From positions 1 to 42,886 of the forward strand of contig JBECKX010000164.1 in NCBI GenBank assembly GCA_040235515.1: a stretch of 42,886 bases of DNA, in the 5' to 3' direction. This DNA comes from Candidatus Zixiibacteriota bacterium (GTDB lineage Bacteria; Zixibacteria; MSB-5A5; CAIYYT01). This document shows positions 37,628 to 42,886 of the stretch, one piece after another. The position numbers and the translations under genes were made by a program. Under the pieces are notes generated by a model. The model did no database searches. It saw nothing but the letters and a program-made list of their open reading frames with translations, and was not told the origin of the DNA. Position 1 is the first letter of the stretch; each line of letters opens with the position of its first letter.

Positions 37628-38563
37628 ATGGACAACGATCTTCATGTAATTTTCGGTAGCGGTCCCCTGGGCCAATCAGTGATGAGGGAACTGGTTAGGC
37701 GGGGCAAGAATGTCAGAATCACCAGCAGACATCCCGGCTTGCAGGGTGAAGGCAAGCTTGAGGTGATCGCCGGGGACGCCACCGATCCACAATTCTGCAA
37801 ACAGGCTTGCAAGGGCGCGGCGGTGGTCTACAATTGCGCCAACGCTCCCTATGACAAATGGCCCGAGCTGCTCGAACCTCTCTTCACCAATATTCTCGAG
37901 GGAGCGGCATCCGCGGACGCGGGACTGATTATGGTGGACAATCTCTACATGTACAATAGTACCGCCGGCCCGATGACCGAATCGACGGCGATTGCACCGA
38001 TCAGCCGCAAGGGAGAGATTCGTGCCAGGGTCGCGGCAAAGATGCTGCAGGCGCACAAGGATGGAAAAGCCAGGGTATTGATCGCGCGGGCATCCGATTT
38101 CTTCGGACCACTGGTCATGATGGCGGCGGCGGGCGCACAGGTTTTCAAGCCGGCAATCAAGGGTGGTCGCGCTCAACTGATCGGTGACCCGGAGAAGCTT
38201 CATACCTACTCGTTCATTGATGATGTGGGCCGCGCACTGGCAGTATTGGGGGAACACGAAGATGCATACGGAGAGGTATGGCATGTTCCCAGCGGCGAGA
38301 CTCTAAAGACCAGGGAGTTTGTAGAATTGATCTATGACGTGGCCGGGCATAAGGCAAAGATGATCAAGGCGCCGCGCTGGCTCTTCACGGTGATGGGTTG
38401 GTTCAATCCGCCGATGGGGGAGATAAAAGAGATGCTCTACCAGTTTGAGAATGATTTTGTGATGGACAGTTCCAAATTCAGGAATAGATTTGGTGATACG
38501 AGCACACCTAACTGGAAGGCCATCGAATTGACGGTTGACTGGTTCAGGAAGAACAGTAACTGA
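37628..38563 (+). CDS. NAD-dependent epimerase/dehydratase (atypical SDR)
   Basis: HVIFGSGPLG, DNLYMY, RKGEIRA, RASDFFGP. Confidence 0.9.
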   Translation: MDNDLHVIFGSGPLGQSVMRELVRRGKNVRITSRHPGLQGEGKLEVIAGDATDPQFCKQACKGAAVVYNCANAPYDKWPELLEPLFTNILEGAASADAGLIMVDNLYMYNSTAGPMTESTAIAPISRKGEIRARVAAKMLQAHKDGKARVLIARASDFFGPLVMMAAAGAQVFKPAIKGGRAQLIGDPEKLHTYSFIDDVGRALAVLGEHEDAYGEVWHVPSGETLKTREFVELIYDVAGHKAKMIKAPRWLFTVMGWFNPPMGEIKEMLYQFENDFVMDSSKFRNRFGDTSTPNWKAIELTVDWFRKNSN

Positions 38564-38600
38564 TTGCCGTCGCAGGCCCCGGGAGCGCGTTGCAACCTGA

Positions 38601-39377
38601 ATGACCAGAATCCTGCGTGAACATTTGGTGAAGCGGAGAAGGGAAGCGGAACCGCACTTTTATTGGCGCGGTGGAGAGGTATCTCGCATAGAGGGATTCT
38701 CGGATGCCGTGTTTGCGTTCTCGGTTACGCTCCTGGTGGTTTCGCTCGAGGTGCCCGGTTCCTTTGGTGAGCTGGTCAATTCTATGCGCGGCTTCGTGGC
38801 GTTCGCATTGTCGTTCGCGGTGCTTGTGATGATCTGGCATTCTCACTACATCTACTTTCGCAGGTACGGCATTGAAGATTTCCCGGCCGTCATACTCAAT
38901 GCGATTCTGCTTTTTGTCGTGCTGTTCTATATCTACCCTCTTAAGTTCCTGTTCGGGTATCTCGTGGACCTGATACTTGGACTTGATCAGGGTATCGCCG
39001 TTGCGAGCACGATCAGCCGGGAGGATATGCCGACGCTGATGATAATCTACTCTCTCGGCTACCTGACTATCTTTCTGGTTATCTCGATCCTCTACCTGCG
39101 CGCTTATCATCTGCGCGAGAGTCTGGGACTGGATGAGCCGGAACGAATCAGCACGCGCGCCAGCATACAGATGTATCTCATCCACGTCGTTACGGCCATC
39201 GCCTCGCTCATTCTTGCCGCTACCCGGGACCCCAGGTTGACTGTGTATGCGGGGTTGATATATGCCACTCTTGGTATCACCCAGACGCTGAATGGTGTGC
39301 TGATGGGGCGTAAACTCGAGCGAGCGATTGCGGCAGCTTCTGAACCTGACGCTCCCGTCGCTGAGGATGGTGAGTAA
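38601..39377 (+). CDS. TMEM175 (DUF1211) family potassium channel
   Basis: RIEGFSDAVFAFSVTLLV, W.SH..F. Confidence 0.9.
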   Translation: MTRILREHLVKRRREAEPHFYWRGGEVSRIEGFSDAVFAFSVTLLVVSLEVPGSFGELVNSMRGFVAFALSFAVLVMIWHSHYIYFRRYGIEDFPAVILNAILLFVVLFYIYPLKFLFGYLVDLILGLDQGIAVASTISREDMPTLMIIYSLGYLTIFLVISILYLRAYHLRESLGLDEPERISTRASIQMYLIHVVTAIASLILAATRDPRLTVYAGLIYATLGITQTLNGVLMGRKLERAIAAASEPDAPVAEDGE

Positions 39378-39380
39378 CAT

Positions 39381-40292
39381 ATAGCCTTAAGAGTTCTGAT
39401 ATATTCGCTGCTGTGCCTGATCTGGGGTTCTACCTGGGTGGTAATCAAGATCGGGCTGCAGGATGCTCCCCCGATGTGGAGTGTGGCGTTTCGCTTCGTG
39501 CTGGCCGCCTCGCTCCTGCTCATCTATAATGCCGTCACCCGCGCTCGCTATCCTCAAGGGTGGCTGAACAGGCTCAAGATTGCGACGCCCGGGATTTTTA
39601 CCTACCTCTTCTCCTATACGTTCACCTACCTGGGGACACAGTATATTCCCTCGGCACTCGCCTCGATTCTCTTCGCGGTGTTTCCCTTCCTGGTATTGAT
39701 CCTGATGACCATTATGATAAAGGATGAGAAGGTGACGATACCGGCGTTGTTTGGGACCGTTGTCGGATTCGTGGGCATTGTCGTAATCTTCCTTGAGCCG
39801 GTCGAATGGAGTGAGAACGCTCTGGTCGGAATGATCCTGCTGCTGATTTCACCGTTGGCCGCTGCGCTGGGCACAGTATCGATCAAGAAGTGGTTCGGCA
39901 AGGAACCGGTGGTGCCGATGATTACGCTACAGATGTCGCTCGGCGCATTGCTGCTTCTCCTCACCGCGATATTCTTTGAGGATCTTGGCCGCTTTCAAGC
40001 GACGACGCGCGCGGTGACATCGATCTTGTACCTCGCTGTGCCTGGCTCGATCGTGACTTTCACCGGATATTACTGGTTGCTGCAGCGGATGCGGCTGGTG
40101 ACGATGTCTCTGGTGGCGTTGATTGCCCCGATCGTCTCGCTGTTTCTCGGCTGGCTCTGGTTGGGTGAACTTCTGACGGTGCGCGATTACATTGGCGCGG
40201 CTCTGGTGCTCTCAGGCGTCGCGATAGTAAATCTTAGGGGAAGACGAAACAGGGTCGCAGAGGGAGCTACGGTTCGAGCAAGTGAGACTTGA
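39381..40292 (+). CDS. EamA/DMT family transporter (probable ATA start)
   Basis: LCLIWGSTW is encoded in frame upstream of GTG 39438; RF..A, YLAVPGS, LGWLWLGE. Confidence 0.88.
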   Translation: MALRVLIYSLLCLIWGSTWVVIKIGLQDAPPMWSVAFRFVLAASLLLIYNAVTRARYPQGWLNRLKIATPGIFTYLFSYTFTYLGTQYIPSALASILFAVFPFLVLILMTIMIKDEKVTIPALFGTVVGFVGIVVIFLEPVEWSENALVGMILLLISPLAAALGTVSIKKWFGKEPVVPMITLQMSLGALLLLLTAIFFEDLGRFQATTRAVTSILYLAVPGSIVTFTGYYWLLQRMRLVTMSLVALIAPIVSLFLGWLWLGELLTVRDYIGAALVLSGVAIVNLRGRRNRVAEGATVRASET

Positions 40293-40896
40293 TGCGATTT
40301 TCTACCAGCATCTCATGGCAATGCTTGCACTTGACCGCATCCTTCTTGATCACCTCACTGCAATAGGGGCACTTCTTCTGGTCAAACAATAGCGGGGCGA
40401 TGTGTGGTTTACGGAAACGTAAGAGAGTGGCAACATCATTGTTAGCCCTGGTTTTCGCAAACGGTCCCACATATTCGAAGATGACGTTGTGCCGTTCGTT
40501 TGCCAGGTCGCGCCAGTCAATCACGAGACAATGGCCCGTTAGCGGCATCGGCTTCTTCGGATTGATCCCCAGCGCGGGGAAACTGACATGCTTCGTTGAG
40601 CTGAGTTTGTTCAGTAACTCCGATTTTTCCACGGCGAAGATGTTAACAATCGCGGCGCGTGGGATACGGCCGAAATCATCGCGGTCATTGCTGGCAAAGT
40701 GATATGCAGCTTCGTCGATACGACACTCGATTGTGTCAAGCGGAGTTGTGGCATCGGCGAAACCAGCCAGGTAACGTCCCAGTGGTACTCTGGCAGGTTT
40801 AGCGAGATTGATCGGGCGGCGGTCACGTGCAGCCACGATGGCGGCAACGATCGCAGCGCCGATAATCATACCGACTATGAGCGCGTTCGATTCCAT
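40267..40896 (-). CDS. Membrane-anchored protein with C-terminal zinc ribbon
   Basis: N-terminal TM ALIVGMIIGAAIVAAIVAA; KKCPYCSEVIKKDAVKCKHC. Confidence 0.8.
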   Translation of the reverse strand: MESNALIVGMIIGAAIVAAIVAARDRRPINLAKPARVPLGRYLAGFADATTPLDTIECRIDEAAYHFASNDRDDFGRIPRAAIVNIFAVEKSELLNKLSSTKHVSFPALGINPKKPMPLTGHCLVIDWRDLANERHNVIFEYVGPFAKTRANNDVATLLRFRKPHIAPLLFDQKKCPYCSEVIKKDAVKCKHCHEMLVENRIKSHLLEP

Positions 40897-41100
40897 TCGC
40901 TGTTCAGACAACCTTTCATTGCGAAGTCAGACGAACAAACCTCTACAATTCGATTATCGGAGTTTGTGTGCAGAACTTGAACAGGGGAAAGCGGAATTTG
41001 ATGCGGTTTCTGAGTCCGCCGTGGAACGATGCTCCATCCTCACTGCAGCCTTCTCCCTCCAGAGGGAGAAACTTCAGGAAATAGGGACAGATCTCTGGAA

Positions 41101-41160
41101 ACACACCCCGTCCTCGCTTCTCGCAAGCTCGAATCGAGTCCACCCCTCTTTTAGAAGGGA
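41101..41160 (+). repeat. Degenerate ACACACCCC...CCCCTCT repeat family member
   Basis: Same ends as the copies at 16005, 21838 and 22613. Confidence 0.65.
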
Positions 41161-41271
41161 ATACGAGCGCGCGAACCTTACAACCGATACATCGCGTAAT
41201 GGCTGTCTTGAGTATCGTCGCAACGATCCTCGAGTTGTCAGGATTGGCGGATGAGGTTCTTATTCAATGTA

Positions 41272-41748
41272 TCAGGCTTGATACCGCTCGATCGCGGCAT
41301 TGACAATACGGATGGCATCCTCGCGGTCGCCCCAGCCCTCAACGCTGACCTTCTTCTTCTCGAGATCTTTGTACACGGTAAAGAAATGCTCAATCTCCTT
41401 GAGCAGATGGGGTGGGACATCCTCGAGTTGCTCGATGTGATTCCACAATGGATCGCGCACCGGTACGCAAAGGATTTTCTCGTCCTTGCCCTTCTCGTCG
41501 GTCATGTGGAAGACACCGACCGGCTTGGCGGTGATCAAACAACCGGGGAAGGTTGGTTCCCACACGAGCACAAGCGCATCGAGCGGGTCGGAGTCGAGCG
41601 CGAGCGTATTGGGGATGTAGCCGTAGTCGGACGGGTAATGCACGGCGGAGAAGAGCATCCGGTCGAACCGGATGACCTGCCGCTCTTTGTCATACTCGTA
41701 CTTGTTGCGGCTGCCTTTGGGGATCTCTATCAGGACGTCAAGTTCCAT
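41272..41748 (-). CDS. ppa: Inorganic pyrophosphatase (family I)
   Basis: IEIPKGSRNKYE, DR.L...HYPSDYG, DSDPLD, D.K..DEK, FFTVYKDLE. Confidence 0.96.
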   Translation of the reverse strand: MELDVLIEIPKGSRNKYEYDKERQVIRFDRMLFSAVHYPSDYGYIPNTLALDSDPLDALVLVWEPTFPGCLITAKPVGVFHMTDEKGKDEKILCVPVRDPLWNHIEQLEDVPPHLLKEIEHFFTVYKDLEKKKVSVEGWGDREDAIRIVNAAIERYQA

Positions 41749-41781
41749 AGTGTTTGATGAGTAACGTTTGAGCGAGGTATT

Positions 41782-42103
41782 GTCAAGCCCCAAGAGGGCT
41801 TGCCCAACGCTATCACTCCAGAGTACCGGTACCCTAACCCTTGGGTTGTGGCTGAACTCAGGTTCGAGTAGCTATCTCCCCAGCCCAAGGGCTGGGGCAC
41901 CCAGACCAACACGCTCACCCTCGGCCCCTCTCCCACAAGTGGGAGAGGGGGGAAAGATGCAATCTAAGCATCAATCTCCATATCCAGGGCAAGCAAATCC
42001 GCGCCTCGAAAGGGCGTGTTAAGAAAGCCATGAAGTTGTCGACTCAGGATCGTGAGATGCGGCATCGCGAGGAGTGATTCCCCGCCGTAGGCGGATCGCA
42101 GGA
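41782..42103. repeat. Intergenic cluster of palindromic repeats
   Basis: GTCAAGCCCCAAGAGGGCTTG (41782), CCCCAGCCCAAGGGCTGGGG, CCCCTCTCCCACAAGTGGGAGAGGGG (41925-50), and an inverted copy of the 17315 repeat at 42063. Confidence 0.75.
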
Positions 42104-42214
42104 ACTGACAGTTTTCGTTCTATGACGATGACTTGCACACCTTTTCAACAATCTCTTGAGAGACGGGGTGTGTACTCGCGGACTCAGCCCGCCGCGGCGA
42201 GAGCCTCTACATCC

Positions 42215-42886
42215 CTACGCCCTTACCCCCGAATGCTCTTCCTTGAATGACTTGAATACCGCTACCAGCTTCTCGATCTCGTCCGACGTGTTGTAGAAAT
42301 TCACCGCGATGCGAACACCACCCTCACGGTAGACTTGATAGATCCCTTCACGTAGCAGGTGCTTGTGCAGGTCTGCTCCGGCAGGGGAACTGATGTTGAT
42401 AATCTGTGAACGATGCTTTGGATCAAGCGAGCTATTGACCGAATAGAAATCATCCGCTTGCACGAACTCCAAGAGTTGATCTATCAAGGTCTGGGTGTGC
42501 TTAAAGATATTCTCTACACCAAGATCAAGGATGTACTTAAGTGCGGCTTCCATACCCCACGTTTGCAAGTAGGGGTAAGTCCCAAGGTTGTAGCGGCGGG
42601 CATCAGCGAACTGCTCGCGGTCAGTGTGGAGCAGATCCGTGTAGTCAAGGTGCCAGTCAACACCGAGCCAACCGTTAGTACGCGACTTGACATCGCGTTT
42701 GGCATTATCTGATACATAGAAGAACCCCGACCCAAGCGGCGAAAGCAGCCACTTCTGCGCACCACTGGCAAGGAGGTCGATGTGGCACTCCTTGACATCA
42801 AGCGGACAGACGCCAAGGCCCTGGATGGCGTCCACCACAAAGAAGATATCGCGTTCCTTGCAGAATTCGCCCAGCCGCTTGATATC
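42215..42886 (-). CDS. Class V PLP-dependent aminotransferase (cysteine desulfurase-like), 5'-truncated by window edge
   Basis: FFVVDAIQGLG, SGAQKWLLSP.GSG, RIAVNFYN; frame open to base 42886. Confidence 0.9.
   Translation of the reverse strand, partial: DIKRLGEFCKERDIFFVVDAIQGLGVCPLDVKECHIDLLASGAQKWLLSPLGSGFFYVSDNAKRDVKSRTNGWLGVDWHLDYTDLLHTDREQFADARRYNLGTYPYLQTWGMEAALKYILDLGVENIFKHTQTLIDQLLEFVQADDFYSVNSSLDPKHRSQIINISSPAGADLHKHLLREGIYQVYREGGVRIAVNFYNTSDEIEKLVAVFKSFKEEHSGVRA

Noticed and set aside
42215..42886. Selenocysteine lyase linked to the selenoprotein
   Set aside because: Only generic class V motifs are visible, it is 5 kb away, and the gene is partial.

Overview
Bacterial chromosomal window, moderately GC-rich. 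The gene set (T6SS-iii-like baseplate genes, three-gene sdhCAB, BrxA/B, a TWGxIKAL-type C-terminal motif) suggests an FCB-group lineage such as Zixibacteria, but the taxonomy is inference only. Bases 1-9835 are the 3' end of a contractile injection / type VI secretion operon: vgrG (partial), tssE, tssF, tssG and tssK. No recognisable TssL/TssM or TssN/O/P/Q/R genes follow. Instead there are three unusual genes: a C-terminally anchored helical protein, a membrane-anchored TRAFAC GTPase with a periplasmic domain, and a GAP1-N/TagF-like protein. This is the best candidate for an undescribed system. The rest is housekeeping and stress genes: glmS, rex with a perfect Rex operator, ArsR-SRPBCC, sdhCAB, bacilliredoxin, arsR-arsC-acr3, msrB, DUF819, a CPA2 antiporter, PilZ, lipA, ispH, ispG, VOC, SDR, TMEM175, EamA, ppa and a class V aminotransferase. 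Features the ORF track misses include a lipoprotein selenoprotein (in-frame UGA plus SECIS-like hairpin), two genes that appear to need non-canonical ATA/ATC starts, a GAF pseudogene with a 47-aa small ORF, and a gene flanked by 150-bp direct repeats built from REP elements. Several families of palindromic repeats and structured intergenic RNA candidates also occur. All family calls are from motif recognition by eye, not database searches.
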